Source: Eledone cirrhosa (taxonomy: Eukaryota). Taken from it: DNA of 64,000 nt. The stretch spans positions 27,528,001-27,592,000 of the forward strand of contig OZ024740.1 of the NCBI GenBank assembly GCA_964016885.1, given 5' to 3'. The translations under genes were made by a program, and so were the position numbers. The notes under the pieces are model-generated. The model did no database searches. It was not told the origin of the DNA and saw nothing but the letters and a program-made list of their open reading frames with translations. Positions 12,110 to 26,059 of the stretch are shown here, in pieces. Numbering within the stretch: position 1 is the stretch's first letter; each line of letters begins with the position of its first letter.

Positions 12110-15100
12110 TGTTGTTGGAGGTGTTGGTAGTGTTAGTAGTAGTAATAGTTTTGATGGTGTTGTTGGAGGTGTTGGTAGTGTTAGTAGTGGCAATAGGTTT
12201 GATGATGTTGTTGTTGGTGTTGGTAGTGTTAGTAGTGGTAATAGTTTTGATGGTGTTGTTGGAGGTGTTGGTAGTGTTAGTAGTGGCAATAGTTTTGATG
12301 ATGTTGTTGTTGGTGTTGGTAGTGTTAGTAGTAGTAATAGTTTTGATGGTGTTGTTGGTGGTGTTGGTAGTGTTAGTAGTGTTACCAGTTTTGATGGTGT
12401 TGTTGGAGGTGTTGGTAGTGTTAGTTGTGGCAATAGTTTTCATGGTGTTGTTGTTGGTGTTGGTAGTGTTAGTAGTGGTAATAGTTTTCATGGTGTTGTT
12501 GTTGGTGTTGGTAGTGTTAGTAGTTGTAATAGTTTTGATGGTGTTGTTGTTGGTGTTGGTAGTGTTAGTTGTGGCAATAGTTTTGATGGTGTTGATGGTG
12601 GTGTTGGTAGTGTTAGTACTGGTAATAGTTTTGATGGTGTTGTTGTAGGTGTTGGTAGTGTTAGTTGTGGCAATAGTTTTGATGGTGTTGATGGTGGTGT
12701 TGGTAGTGTTAGTAGTGGTAATAGTTTTGATGGTGTTGTTGTAGGTGTTGGTAGTGTTAGTTGTGGCAATAGATTTCATGGTGTTGTTGTTGGTGTTGGT
12801 AGTGTTAGTAGTGGTAATAGTTTTGTTGGTGTTGGTAGTGATAGTAGTGGTAATAGTTTTGATGGTGTTGTTGTTGGTGTTGGTAGTGTTAGTAGTGGTA
12901 ATAGTTTTGATGGTGTTGTAGTTGGTGTTGGTAGTGTTAGTAGTAGTAATAGTTTTGATGGTGTTGTTGTTGGTGTTGGTAGTGTTAGTAGTGGTAATAG
13001 CTTTGATGGTGTTGTTGTTGGTGTTGGTAGTGTTAGTAGTAGTAATAGTTTTGATGGTGTTGTTGTTGTTGTTGGTAGTGTTAGTAGTGGTAATAGTTTT
13101 GATGGTGTTGTTGGAGGTGTTGGTAGTGTTAGTTGTGGCAATAGTTTTCATGGTGTTGTTGTTGGTGTTGGTAGTGTTAGTAGTGGTAATGGTTTTGATG
13201 GTGTTGTTGTTGGTGTTGGTAGTGTTAGTAGTAGTAATAGTTTTGATGGTGTTGTTGTTGGTGTTGGTAGTGTTAGTAGTAGTAATAGTTTTGATGGTGT
13301 TGTTGGTGGTGTTGGTAGTGTTAGTAGTGGTAATAGTTTTGATGGTGTTGATGGTGGTGTTGGTAGTGTTAGTAGTGGTAATAGTTTTCATGGTGTTGGT
13401 GGTGTTGGTAGTGTTAGTAGTGGCAATAGTTTTGATTGTGTTGTTGGAGGTGTTGGTAGTGTTAGTAGTAGTAATAGTTTTGATGGTGTTGTTGGTGGTG
13501 TTGGTAGTGTTAGTAGTGGTAATAGTTTTGATGGTGTTGATGGTGGTGTTGGTAGTGTTAGTAGTGGTAATAGTTTTGATGGTGTTGGTGGTGTTGGTAG
13601 TGTTAGTAGTGGTAATAGTTTTGATGATGTTGTTGTTGGTGTTGGTAGTGTTAGTAGTGGTAATAGTTTTGATGGTGTTGTTGGAGGTGTTGGTAGTGTT
13701 AGTAGTAGTAATAGTTTTGATGGTGTTGTTGGAGGTGTTGGTAGTGTTAGTAGTGGCAATAGTTTTGATGGTGTTGTTGGAGGTGTTGGTAGTGTTAGTA
13801 GTAGTAATAGTTTTGATGGTGTTGTTGGAGGTGTTGGTAGTGTTAGTAGTGGCAATAGTTTTGATGATGTTGTTGTTGGTGTTGGTAGTGTTAGTAGTGG
13901 TAATAGTTTTGATGGTGTTGTTGGAGGTGTTGGTAGTGTTAGTAGTGGCAATAGTTTTGATGATGTTGTTGTTGGTGTTGGTAGTGTTAGTAGTAGTAAT
14001 AGTTTTGATGGTGTTGTTGGTGGTGTTGGTAGTGTTAGTAGTGGTACCAGTTTTGATGGTGTTGTTGGAGGTGTTGGTAGTGTTAGTTGTGGCAATAGTT
14101 TTCATGGTGTTGTTGTTGGTGTTGGTAGTGTTAGTAGTGGTAATAGTTTTCATGGTGTTGTTGTTGGTGTTGGTAGTGTTAGTAGTTGTAATAGTTTTGA
14201 TGGTGTTGTTGTTGGTGTTGGTAGTGTTAGTTGTGGCAATAGTTTTGATGGTGTTGATGGTGGTGTTGGTAGTGTTAGTAGTGGTAATAGTTTTGATGGT
14301 GTTGTTGTAGGTGTTGGTAGTGTTAGTTGTGGCAATAGTTTTGATGGTGTTGATGGTGGTGTTGGTAGTGTTAGTAGTGGTAATAGTTTTGATGGTGTTG
14401 TTGGAGGTGTTGGTAGTGTTAGTTGTGGCAATAGATTTCATGGTGTTGTTGTTGGTGTTGGTAGTGTTAGTAGTGGTAATAGTTTTGTTGGTGTTGGTAG
14501 TGATAGTAGTGGTAATAGTTTTGATGGTATTGTTGTTGGTGTTGGTAGTGTTAGTAGTGGTAATAGTTTTGATGGTGTTGTAGTTGGTGTTGGTAGTGTT
14601 AGTAGTAGTAATAGTTTTGATGGTGTTGTTGTTGGTGTTGGTAGTGTTAGTAGTGGTAATAGTTTTGATGGTGTTGTTGTTGGTGTTGGTAGTGTTAGTA
14701 GTAGTAATAGTTTTGATGGTGTTGTTGTTGTTGTTGGTAGTGTTAGTAGTGGTAATAGTTTTGATGGTGTTGTTGGAGGTGTTGGTAGTGTTAGTTGTGG
14801 CAATAGTTTTCATGGTGTTGTTGTTGGTGTTGGTAGTGTTAGTAGTGGTAATGGTTTTGATGGTGTTGTTGTTGGTGTTGGTAGTGTTAGTAGTAGTAAT
14901 AGTTTTGATGGTGTTGTTGTTGGTGTTGGTAGTGTTAGTAGTAGTAATAGTGTTGATGGTGTTGTTGGTGGTGTTGGTAGTGTTAGTAGTGGTAATAGTT
15001 TTGATGGTGTTGATGGTGGTGTTGGTAGTGTTAGTAGTGGTAATAGTTTTCATGGTGTTGGTGGTGTTGGTAGTGTTAGTAGTGGTAATAGTTTTGATGG

Positions 15101-18100
15101 TGTTGGTGGTGTTGGTAGTGTTAGTAGTGGCAATAGTTTTGATTGTGTTGTTGGAGGTGTTGGTAGTGTTAGTAGTAGTAATAGTTTTGATGGTGTTGTT
15201 GGAGGTGTTGGTAGTGTTAGTAGCGGTAATAGTTTTGATGGTGTTGATGGTGGTGTTGGTAGTGTTAGTAGTGGTAATAGCTTTGATGGTGTTGGTGGTG
15301 TTGGTAGTGTTAGTAGTGGTAATAGTTTTGATGGTGTTGTTGGAGGTGTTGGTAGTGTTAGTTGTGGCAATAGGTTTTCATGGTGTTGTTGTTGGTGTTG
15401 GTAGTGTTAGTAGTGGTAATAGTTTTCATGGTGTTGTTGTTGGTGTTGGTAGTGTTAGTAGTTGTAATAGTTTTGATGGTGTTGTTGTTGGTGTTGGTAG
15501 TGTTAGTTGTGGCAATAGTTTGATGGTGTTGATGGTGGTGTTGGTAGTGTTAGTAGTGGTAATAGTTTTGATGGTGTTGTTGTAGGTGTTGGTAGTGTTA
15601 GTTGTGGCAATAGTTTTGATGGTGTTGATGGTGGTGTTGGTAGTGTTAGTAGTGGTAATAGTTTTGATGGTGTTGTTGGAGGTGTTGGTAGTGTTAGTTG
15701 TGGCAATAGATTTCATGGTGTTGTTGTTGGTGTTGGTAGTGTTAGTAGTGGTAATAGTTTTGTTGGTGTTGGTAGTGATAGTAGTGGTAATAGTTTTGAT
15801 GGTGTTGTTGTTGGTGTTGGTAGTGTTAGTAGTGGTAATAGTTTTGATGGTGTTGTCGTTGGTGTTGGTAGTGTTAGTAGTAGTAATAGTTTTGATGGTG
15901 TTGTTGTTGGTGTTGGTAGTGTTAGTAGTGGTAATAGTTTTGATGGTGTTGTTGTTGGTGTTGGTAGTGTTAGTAGTAGTAATAGTTTTGATGGTGTTGT
16001 TGTTGTTGTTGGTAGTGTTAGTAGTGGTAATAGTTTTGATGGTGTTGTTGGAGGTGTTGGTAGTGTTAGTTGTGGCAATAGTTGTCATGGTGTTGTTGTT
16101 GGTGTTGGTAGTGTTAGTAGTGGTAATGGTTTTGATGGTGTTGTTGTTGGTGTTGGTAGTGTTAGTAGTAGTAATAGTTTTGATGGTGTTGTTGGTGGTG
16201 TTGGTAGTGTTAGTAGTGGTAATAGTTTTGATGGTGTTGATGGTGGTGTTGGTAGTGTTAGTAGTGGTAATAGTTTTCATGGTGTTGGTGGTGTTGGTAG
16301 TGTTAGTAGTGGTAATAGTTTTGATGGTGTTGGTGGTGTTGGTAGTGTTAGTAGTGGCAATAGTTTTGATTGTGTTGTTGGAGGTGTTGGTAGTGTTAGT
16401 AGTAGTAATAGTTTTGATGGTGTTGTTGGAGGTGTTGGTAGTGTTAGTAGTGGCAATAGGTTTGATGATGTTGTTGTTGGTGTTGGTAGTGTTAGTAGTG
16501 GTAATAGTTTTGATGGTGTTGTTGGAGGTGTTGGTAGTGTTAGTAGTGGCAATAGTTTTGATGATGTTGTTGTTGGTGTTGGTAGTGTTAGTAGTAGTAA
16601 TAGTTTTGATGGTGTTGTTGGTGGTGTTGGTAGTGTTAGTAGTGTTACCAGTTTTGATGGTGTTGTTGGAGGTGTTGGTAGTGTTAGTTGTGGCAATAGT
16701 TTTCATGGTGTTGTTGTTGGTGTTGGTAGTGTTAGTAGTGGTAATAGTTTTCATGGTGTTGTTGTTGGTGTTGGTAGTGTTAGTAGTTGTAATAGTTTTG
16801 ATGGTGTTGTTGTTGGTGTTGGTAGTGTTAGTTGTGGCAATAGTTTTGATGGTGTTGATGGTGGTGTTGGTAGTGTTAGTACTGGTAATAGTTTTGATGG
16901 TGTTGTTGTAGGTGTTGGTAGTGTTAGTTGTGGCAATAGTTTTGATGGTGTTGATGGTGGTGTTGGTAGTGTTAGTAGTGGTAATAGTTTTGATGGTGTT
17001 GTTGTAGGTGTTGGTAGTGTTAGTTGTGGCAATAGATTTCATGGTGTTGTTGTTGGTGTTGGTAGTGTTAGTAGTGGTAATAGTTTTGTTGGTGTTGGTA
17101 GTGATAGTAGTGGTAATAGTTTTGATGGTGTTGTTGTTGGTGTTGGTAGTGTTAGTAGTGGTAATAGTTTTGATGGTGTTGTAGTTGGTGTTGGTAGTGT
17201 TAGTAGTAGTAATAGTTTTGATGGTGTTGTTGTTGGTGTTGGTAGTGTTAGTAGTGGTAATAGCTTTGATGGTGTTGTTGTTGGTGTTTGTAGTGTTAGT
17301 AGTAGTAATAGTTTTGATGGTGTTCTTGTTGTTGTTGGTAGTGTTAGTAGTGGTAATAGTTTTGATGGTGTTGTTGGAGGTGTTGGTAGTGTTAGTTGTG
17401 GCAATAGTTTTCATGGTGTTGTTGTTGGTGTTGGTAGTGTTAGTAGTGGTAATGGTTTTGATGGTGTTGTTGTTGGTGTTGGTAGTGTTAGTAGTAGTAA
17501 TAGTTTTGATGGTGTTGTTGTTGGTGTTGGTAGTGTTAGTAGTAGTAATAGTTTTGATGGTGTTGTTGGTGGTGTTGGTAGTGTTAGTAGTGGTAATAGT
17601 TTTGATGGTGTTGATGGTGGTGTTGGTAGTGTTAGTAGTGGTAATAGTTTTCATGGTGTTGGTGGTGTTGGTAGTGTTAGTAGTGGCAATAGTTTTGATT
17701 GTGTTGTTGGAGGTGTTGGTAGTGTTAGTAGTAGTAATAGTTTTGATGGTGTTGTTGGTGGTGTTGGTAGTGTTAGTAGTGGTAATAGTTTTGATGGTGT
17801 TGTTGTTGGTGTTGGTAGTGTTAGTAGTAGTAATAGTTTTGATGGTGTTGTTGTTGTTGTTGGTAGTGTTAGTAGTGGTAATAGTTTTGATGGTGTTGTT
17901 GGAGGTGTTGGTAGTGTTAGTTGTGGCAATAGTTTTCATGGTGTTGTTGTTGGTGTTGGTAGTGTTAGTAGTGGTAATGGTTTTGATGGTGTTGTTGTTG
18001 GTGTTGGTAGTGTTAGTAGTAGTAATAGTTTTGATGGTGTTGTTGTTGGTGTTGGTAGTGTTAGTAGTAGTAATAGTTTTGATGGTGTTGTTGGTGGTGT

Positions 18101-21100
18101 TGGTAGTGTTAGTAGTGGTAATAGTTTTGATGGTGTTGATGGTGGTGTTGGTAGTGTTAGTAGTGGTAATAGTTTTCATGGTGTTGGTGGTGTTGGTAGT
18201 GTTAGTAGTGGCAATAGTTTTGATTGTGTTGTTGGAGGTGTTGGTAGTGTTAGTAGTAGTAATAGTTTTGATGGTGTTGTTGGTGGTGTTGGTAGTGTTA
18301 GTAGTGGTAATAGTTTTGATGGTGTTGATGGTGGTGTTGGTAGTGTTAGTAGTGGTAATAGTTTTGATGGTGTTGGTGGTGTTGGTAGTGTTAGTAGTGG
18401 TAATAGTTTTGATGATGTTGTTGTTGGTGTTGGTAGTGTTAGTAGTGGTAATAGTTTTGATGGTGTTGTTGGAGGTGTTGGTAGTGTTAGTAGTAGTAAT
18501 AGTTTTGATGGTGTTGTTGGAGGTGTTGGTAGTGTTAGTAGTGGCAATAGTTTTGATGGTGTTGTTGGAGGTGTTGGTAGTGTTAGTAGTAGTAATAGTT
18601 TTGATGGTGTTGTTGGAGGTGTTGGTAGTGTTAGTAGTGGCAATAGTTTTGATGATGTTGTTGTTGGTGTTGGTAGTGTTAGTAGTGGTAATAGTTTTGA
18701 TGGTGTTGTTGGAGGTGTTGGTAGTGTTAGTAGTGGCAATAGTTTTGATGATGTTGTTGTTGGTGTTGGTAGTGTTAGTAGTAGTAATAGTTTTGATGGT
18801 GTTGTTGGTGGTGTTGGTAGTGTTAGTAGTGGTACCAGTTTTGATGGTGTTGTTGGAGGTGTTGGTAGTGTTAGTTGTGGCAATAGTTTTCATGGTGTTG
18901 TTGTTGGTGTTGGTAGTGTTAGTAGTGGTAATAGTTTTCATGGTGTTGTTGTTGGTGTTGGTAGTGTTAGTAGTTGTAATAGTTTTGATGGTGTTGTTGT
19001 TGGTGTTGGTAGTGTTAGTTGTGGCAATAGTTTTGATGGTGTTGATGGTGGTGTTGGTAGTGTTAGTAGTGGTAATAGTTTTGATGGTGTTGTTGTAGGT
19101 GTTGGTAGTGTTAGTTGTGGCAATAGTTTTGATGGTGTTGATGGTGGTGTTGGTAGTGTTAGTAGTGGTAATAGTTTTGATGGTGTTGTTGGAGGTGTTG
19201 GTAGTGTTAGTTGTGGCAATAGATTTCATGGTGTTGTTGTTGGTGTTGGTAGTGTTAGTAGTGGTAATAGTTTTGTTGGTGTTGGTAGTGATAGTAGTGG
19301 TAATAGTTTTGATGGTATTGTTGTTGGTGTTGGTAGTGTTAGTAGTGGTAATAGTTTTGATGGTGTTGTAGTTGGTGTTGGTAGTGTTAGTAGTAGTAAT
19401 AGTTTTGATGGTGTTGTTGTTGGTGTTGGTAGTGTTAGTAGTGGTAATAGTTTTGATGGTGTTGTTGTTGGTGTTGGTAGTGTTAGTAGTAGTAATAGTT
19501 TTGATGGTGTTGTTGTTGTTGTTGGTAGTGTTAGTAGTGGTAATAGTTTTGATGGTGTTGTTGGAGGTGTTGGTAGTGTTAGTTGTGGCAATAGTATTCA
19601 TGGTGTTGTTGTTGGTGTTGGTAGTGTTAGTAGTGGTAATGGTTTTGATGGTGTTGTTGTTGGTGTTGGTAGTGTTAGTAGTAGTAATAGTTTTGATGGT
19701 GTTGTTGTTGGTGTTGGTAGTGTTAGTAGTAGTAATAGTGTTGATGGTGTTGTTGGTGGTGTTGGTAGTGTTTGTAGTGGTAATAGTTTTGATGGTGTTG
19801 ATGGTGGTGTTGGTAGTGTTAGTAGTGGTAATAGTTTTCATGGTGTTGGTGGTGTTGGTAGTGTTAGTAGTGGTAATAGTTTTGATGGTGTTGGTGGTGT
19901 TGGTAGTGTTAGTAGTGGCAATAGTTTTGATTGTGTTGTTGGAGGTGTTGGTAGTGTTAGTAGTAGTAATAGTTTTGATGGTGTTGTTTGAGGTGTTGGT
20001 AGTGTTAGTAGCGGTAATAGTTTTGATGGTGTTGATGGTGGTGTTGGTAGTGTTAGTAGTGGTAATAGTTTTGATGGTGTTGGTGGTGTTGGTAGTGTTA
20101 GTAGTGGTAATAGTTTTGATGGTGTTGTTGGAGGTGTTGGTAGTGTTAGTTGTGGCAATAGGTTTTCATGGTGTTGTTGTTGGTGTTGGTAGTGTTAGTA
20201 GTGGTAATAGTTTTCATGGTGTTGTTGTTGGTGTTGGTAGTGTTAGTAGTTGTAATAGTTTTGATGGTGTTGTTGTTGGTGTTGGTAGTGTTAGTTGTGG
20301 CAATAGTTTGATGGTGTTGATGGTGGTGTTGGTAGTGTTAGTAGTGGTAATAGTTTTGATGGTGTTGTTGTAGGTGTTGGTAGTGTTAGTTGTGGCAATA
20401 GTTTTGATGGTGTTGATGGTGGTGTTGGTAGTGTTAGTAGTGGTAATAGTTTTGATGGTGTTGTTGGAGGTGTTGGTAGTGTTAGTTGTGGCAATAGATT
20501 TCATGGTGTTGTTGTTGGTGTTGGTAGTGTTAGTAGTGGTAATAGTTTTGTTGGTGTTGGTAGTGATAGTAGTGGTAATAGTTTTGATGGTGTTGTTGTT
20601 GGTGTTGGTAGTGTTAGTAGTGGTAATAGTTTTGATGGTGTTGTCGTTGGTGTTGGTAGTGTTAGTAGTAGTAATAGTTTTGATGGTGTTGTTGTTGGTG
20701 TTGGTAGTGTTAGTAGTGGTAATAGTTTTGATGGTGTTGTTGTTGGTGTTGGTAGTGTTAGTAGTAGTAATAGTTTTGATGGTGTTGTTGTTGTTGTTGG
20801 TAGTGTTAGTAGTGGTAATAGTTTTGATGGTGTTGTTGGAGGTGTTGGTAGTGTTAGTTGTGGCAATAGTTGTCATGGTGTTGTTGTTGGTGTTGGTAGT
20901 GTTAGTAGTGGTAATGGTTTTGATGGTGTTGTTGTTGGTGTTGGTAGTGTTAGTAGTAGTAATAGTTTTGATGGTGTTGTTGGTGGTGTTGGTAGTGTTA
21001 GTAGTGGTAATAGTTTTGATGGTGTTGATGGTGGTGTTGGTAGTGTTAGTAGTGGTAATAGTTTTCATGGTGTTGGTGGTGTTGGTAGTGTTAGTAGTGG

Positions 21101-24100
21101 TAATAGTTTTGATGGTGTTGGTGGTGTTGGTAGTGTTAGTAGTGGCAATAGTTTTGATTGTGTTGTTGGAGGTGTTGGTAGTGTTAGTAGTAGTAATAGT
21201 TTTGATGGTGTTGTTGGAGGTGTTGGTAGTGTTAGTAGTGGCAATAGGTTTGATGATGTTGTTGTTGGTGTTGGTAGTGTTAGTAGTGGTAATAGTTTTG
21301 ATGGTGTTGTTGGAGGTGTTGGTAGTGTTAGTAGTGGCAATAGTTTTGATGATGTTGTTGTTGGTGTTGGTAGTGTTAGTAGTAGTAATAGTTTTGATGG
21401 TGTTGTTGGTGGTGTTGGTAGTGTTAGTAGTGTTACCAGTTTTGATGGTGTTGTTGGAGGTGTTGGTAGTGTTAGTTGTGGCAATAGTTTTCATGGTGTT
21501 GTTGTTGGTGTTGGTAGTGTTAGTAGTGGTAATAGTTTTCATGGTGTTGTTGTTGGTGTTGGTAGTGTTAGTAGTTGTAATAGTTTTGATGGTGTTGTTG
21601 TTGGTGTTGGTAGTGTTAGTTGTGGCAATAGTTTTGATGGTGTTGATGGTGGTGTTGGTAGTGTTAGTACTGGTAATAGTTTTGATGGTGTTGTTGTAGG
21701 TGTTGGTAGTGTTAGTTGTGGCAATAGTTTTGATGGTGTTGATGGTGGTGTTGGTAGTGTTAGTAGTGGTAATAGTTTTGATGGTGTTGTTGTAGGTGTT
21801 GGTAGTGTTAGTTGTGGCAATAGATTTCATGGTGTTGTTGTTGGTGTTGGTAGTGTTAGTAGTGGTAATAGTTTTGTTGGTGTTGGTAGTGATAGTAGTG
21901 GTAATAGTTTTGATGGTGTTGTTGTTGGTGTTGGTAGTGTTAGTAGTGGTAATAGTTTTGATGGTGTTGTAGTTGGTGTTGGTAGTGTTAGTAGTAGTAA
22001 TAGTTTTGATGGTGTTGTTGTTGGTGTTGGTAGTGTTAGTAGTGGTAATAGCTTTGATGGTGTTGTTGTTGGTGTTGGTAGTGTTAGTAGTAGTAATAGT
22101 TTTGATGGTGTTCTTGTTGTTGTTGGTAGTGTTAGTAGTGGTAATAGTTTTGATGGTGTTGTTGGAGGTGTTGGTAGTGTTAGTTGTGGCAATAGTTTTC
22201 ATGGTGTTGTTGTTGGTGTTGGTAGTGTTAGTAGTGGTAATGGTTTTGATGGTGTTGTTGTTGGTGTTGGTAGTGTTAGTAGTAGTAATAGTTTTGATGG
22301 TGTTGTTGTTGGTGTTGGTAGTGTTAGTAGTAGTAATAGTTTTGATGGTGTTGTTGGTGGTGTTGGTAGTGTTAGTAGTGGTAATAGTTTTGATGGTGTT
22401 GATGGTGGTGTTGGTAGTGTTAGTAGTGGTAATAGTTTTCATGGTGTTGGTGGTGTTGGTAGTGTTAGTAGTGGCAATAGTTTTGATTGTGTTGTTGGAG
22501 GTGTTGGTAGTGTTGGTAGTAGTAATAGTTTTGATGGTGTTGTTGGTGGTGTTGGTAGTGTTAGTAGTGGTAATAGTTTTGATGGTGTTGATGGTGGTGT
22601 TGGTAGTGTTAGTAGTGGTAATAGTTTTGATGGTGTTGGTGGTGTTGGTAGTGTTAGTAGTGGTAATAGTTTTGATGATGTTGTTGTTGGTGTTGGTAGT
22701 GTTAGTAGTGGTAATAGTTTTGATGGTGTTGTTGGAGGTGTTGGTAGTGTTAGTAGTAGTAATAGTTTTGATGGTGTTGTTGGAGGTGTTGGTAGTGTTA
22801 GTAGTGGCAATAGTTTTGATGGTGTTGTTGGAGGTGTTGGTAGTGTTAGTAGTAGTAATAGTTTTGATGGTGTTGTTGGAGGTGTTGGTAGTGTTAGTAG
22901 TGGCAATAGTTTTGATGATGTTGTTGTTGGTGTTGGTAGTGTTAGTAGTGGTAATAGTTTTGATGGTGTTGTTGGAGGTGTTGGTAGTGTTAGTAGTGGC
23001 AATAGTTTTGATGATGTTGTTGTTGGTGTTGGTAGTGTTAGTAGTAGTAATAGTTTTGATGGTGTTGTTGGTGGTGTTGGTAGTGTTAGTAGTGGTACCA
23101 GTTTTGATGGTGTTGTTGGAGGTGTTGGTAGTGTTAGTTGTGGCAATAGTTTTCATGGTGTTGTTGTTGGTGTTGGTAGTGTTAGTAGTGGTAATAGTTT
23201 TCATGGTGTTGTTGTTGGTGTTGGTAGTGTTAGTAGTTGTAATAGTTTTGATGGTGTTGTTGTTGGTGTTGGTAGTGTTAGTTGTGGCAATAGTTTTGAT
23301 GGTGTTGATGGTGGTGTTGGTAGTGTTAGTAGTGGTAATAGTTTTGATGGTGTTGTTGTAGGTGTTGGTAGTGTTAGTTGTGGCAATAGTTTTGATGGTG
23401 TTGATGGTGGTGTTGGTAGTGTTAGTAGTGGTAATAGTTTTGATGGTGTTGTTGGAGGTGTTGGTAGTGTTAGTTGTGGCAATAGATTTCATGGTGTTGT
23501 TGTTGGTGTTGGTAGTGTTAGTAGTGGTAATAGTTTTGTTGGTGTTGGTAGTGATAGTAGTGGTAATAGTTTTGATGGTATTGTTGTTGGTGTTGGTAGT
23601 GTTAGTAGTGGTAATAGTTTTGATGGTGTTGTAGTTGGTGTTGGTAGTGTTAGTAGTAGTAATAGTTTTGATGGTGTTGTTGTTGGTGTTGGTAGTGTTA
23701 GTAGTGGTAATAGTTTTGATGGTGTTGTTGTTGGTGTTGGTAGTGTTAGTAGTAGTAATAGTTTTGATGGTGTTGTTGTTGTTGTTGGTAGTGTTAGTAG
23801 TGGTAATAGTTTTGATGGTGTTGTTGGAGGTGTTGGTAGTGTTAGTTGTGGCAATAGTTTTCATGGTGTTGTTGTTGGTGTTGGTAGTGTTAGTAGTGGT
23901 AATGGTTTTGATGGTGTTGTTGTTGGTGTTGGTAGTGTTAGTAGTAGTAATAGTTTTGATGGTGTTGTTGTTGGTGTTGGTAGTGTTAGTAGTAGTAATA
24001 GTTTTGATGGTGTTGTTGGTGGTGTTGGTAGTGTTAGTAGTGGTAATAGTTTTGATGGTGTTGATGGTGGTGTTGGTAGTGTTAGTAGTGGTAATAGTTT

Positions 24101-25470
24101 TCATGGTGTTGGTGGTGTTGGTAGTGTTAGTAGTGGTAATAGTTTTGATGGTGTTGGTGGTGTTGGTAGTGTTAGTAGTGGCAATAGTTTTGATTGTGTT
24201 GTTGGAGGTGTTGGTAGTGTTAGTAGTAGTAATAGTTTTGATGGTGTTGTTGGAGGTGTTGGTAGTGTTAGTAGCGGTAATAGTTTTGATGGTGTTGATG
24301 GTGGTGTTGGTAGTGTTAGTAGTGGTAATAGTTTTGATGGTGTTGGTGGTGTTGGTAGTGTTAGTAGTGGTAATAGTTTTGATGGTGTTGTTGGAGGTGT
24401 TGGTAGTGTTAGTTGTGGCAATAGGTTTTCATGGTGTTGTTGTTGGTGTTGGTAGTGTTAGTAGTGGTAATAGTTTTCATGGTGTTGTTGTTGGTGTTGG
24501 TAGTGTTAGTAGTTGTAATAGTTTTGATGGTGTTGTTGTTGGTGTTGGTAGTGTTAGTTGTGGCAATAGTTTGATGGTGTTGATGGTGGTGTTGGTAGTG
24601 TTAGTAGTGGTAATAGTTTTGATGGTGTTGTTGTAGGTGTTGGTAGTGTTAGTTGTGGCAATAGTTTTGATGGTGTTGATGGTGGTGTTGGTAGTGTTAG
24701 TAGTGGTAATAGTTTTGATGGTGTTGTTGGAGGTGTTGGTAGTGTTAGTTGTGGCAATAGATTTCATGGTGTTGTTGTTGGTGTTGGTAGTGTTAGTAGT
24801 GGTAATAGTTTTGTTGGTGTTGGTAGTGATAGTAGTGGTAATAGTTTTGATGGTGTTGTTGTTGGTGTTGGTAGTGTTAGTAGTGGTAATAGTTTTGATG
24901 GTGTTGTCGTTGGTGTTGGTAGTGTTAGTAGTAGTAATAGTTTTGATGGTGTTGTTGTTGGTGTTGGTAGTGTTAGTAGTGGTAATAGTTTTGATGGTGT
25001 TGTTGTTGGTGTTGGTAGTGTTAGTAGTAGTAATAGTTTTGATGGTGTTGTTGTTGTTGTTGGTAGTGTTAGTTGTGGTAATAGTTTTGATGGTGTTGTT
25101 GGAGGTGTTGGTAGTGTTAGTTGTGGCAATAGTTGTCATGGTGTTGTTGTTGGTGTTGGTAGTGTTAGTAGTGGTAATGGTTTTGATGGTGTTGTTGTTG
25201 GTGTTGGTAGTGTTAGTAGTAGTAATAGTTTTGATGGTGTTGTTGGTGGTGTTGATAGTGTTAGTAGTGGTAATAGTTTTGATGGTGTTGATGGTGGTGT
25301 TGGTAGTGTTAGTAGTGGTAATAGTTTTCATGGTGTTGGTGGTGTTGGTAGTGTTAGTAGTGGTAATAGTTTTGATGGTGTTGGTGGTGTTGGTAGTGTT
25401 AGTAGTGGCAATAGTTTTGATTGTGTTGTTGGAGGTGTTGGTAGTGTTAGTAGTAGTAATAGTTTTGATA
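12110..25470. repeat. Three-copy higher-order repeat of satellite A, period 4263 bp; middle copy 4788 bp because of a 525-bp internal duplication
   Basis: Marker aataggtttgatgat at 12195, 16458, 21246. The +1 insertion aataggttttcat at 15373, 20161, 24424. Marker agtGATagt at 12840, 14502, 15777, 17103, 19290, 20565, 21891, 23553, 24828. Confidence 0.92.
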
Positions 25471-26059
25471 GTGTTGTTGTTGGTGTTGGTAGTGTTAGTA
25501 GTGGTAATAGTTTTGATGGTGTTGGTGGTGTTGGTAGTGTTAGTAGTGGTAATAGTTTTGATGGTGTTGGTGGTGTTGGTAGTGTTAGTAGTGGTAATAG
25601 TTTTGATGGTGTTGTTGTTGGTGTTGGTAGTGTTAGTTGTGGCAATAGTTTTGATGGTGTTGATGGTGGTGTTGGTAGTGTTAGTAGTGGTAATAGTTTT
25701 GATGGTGTTGTTGGAGGTGTTGGTAGTGTTAGTTGTGGCAATAGATTTCATGGTGTTGTTGTTGGTGTTGGTAGTGTTAGTAGTGGTAATAGTTTTGATG
25801 GTGTTGTTGGTGGTGTTGGTAGTGTTAGTAGTGGTAATAGTTTTGATGGTGTTGATGGTGGTGTTGGTAGTGTTAGTAGTGGTAATAGTTTTGATGGTGT
25901 TGTTGTTGGTGTTGGTAGTGTTAGTAGTGGTAATAGTTTTGATGGTGTTGTTGGTGGTGTTGGTAGTGTTAGTAGTGGTAATAGTTTTGATGGTGTTGAT
26001 GGTGGTGTTGGTAGTGTTAGTAGTGGTAATAGTTTTGTTGGTGTTGTTGGTGGTGTTGG

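Noticed and set aside
7764-15404. 2546-aa GVGSVSSGNSFD repeat ORF resembling silk or other Gly/Ser-rich structural proteins
   Set aside because: NNT codons cannot be stops, so the frame is open by construction. Its start is a chance non-ATG variant, it has no unique termini, and it is broken by frameshifts and TGA/TAA variants (near 19988, 31163, 31901).
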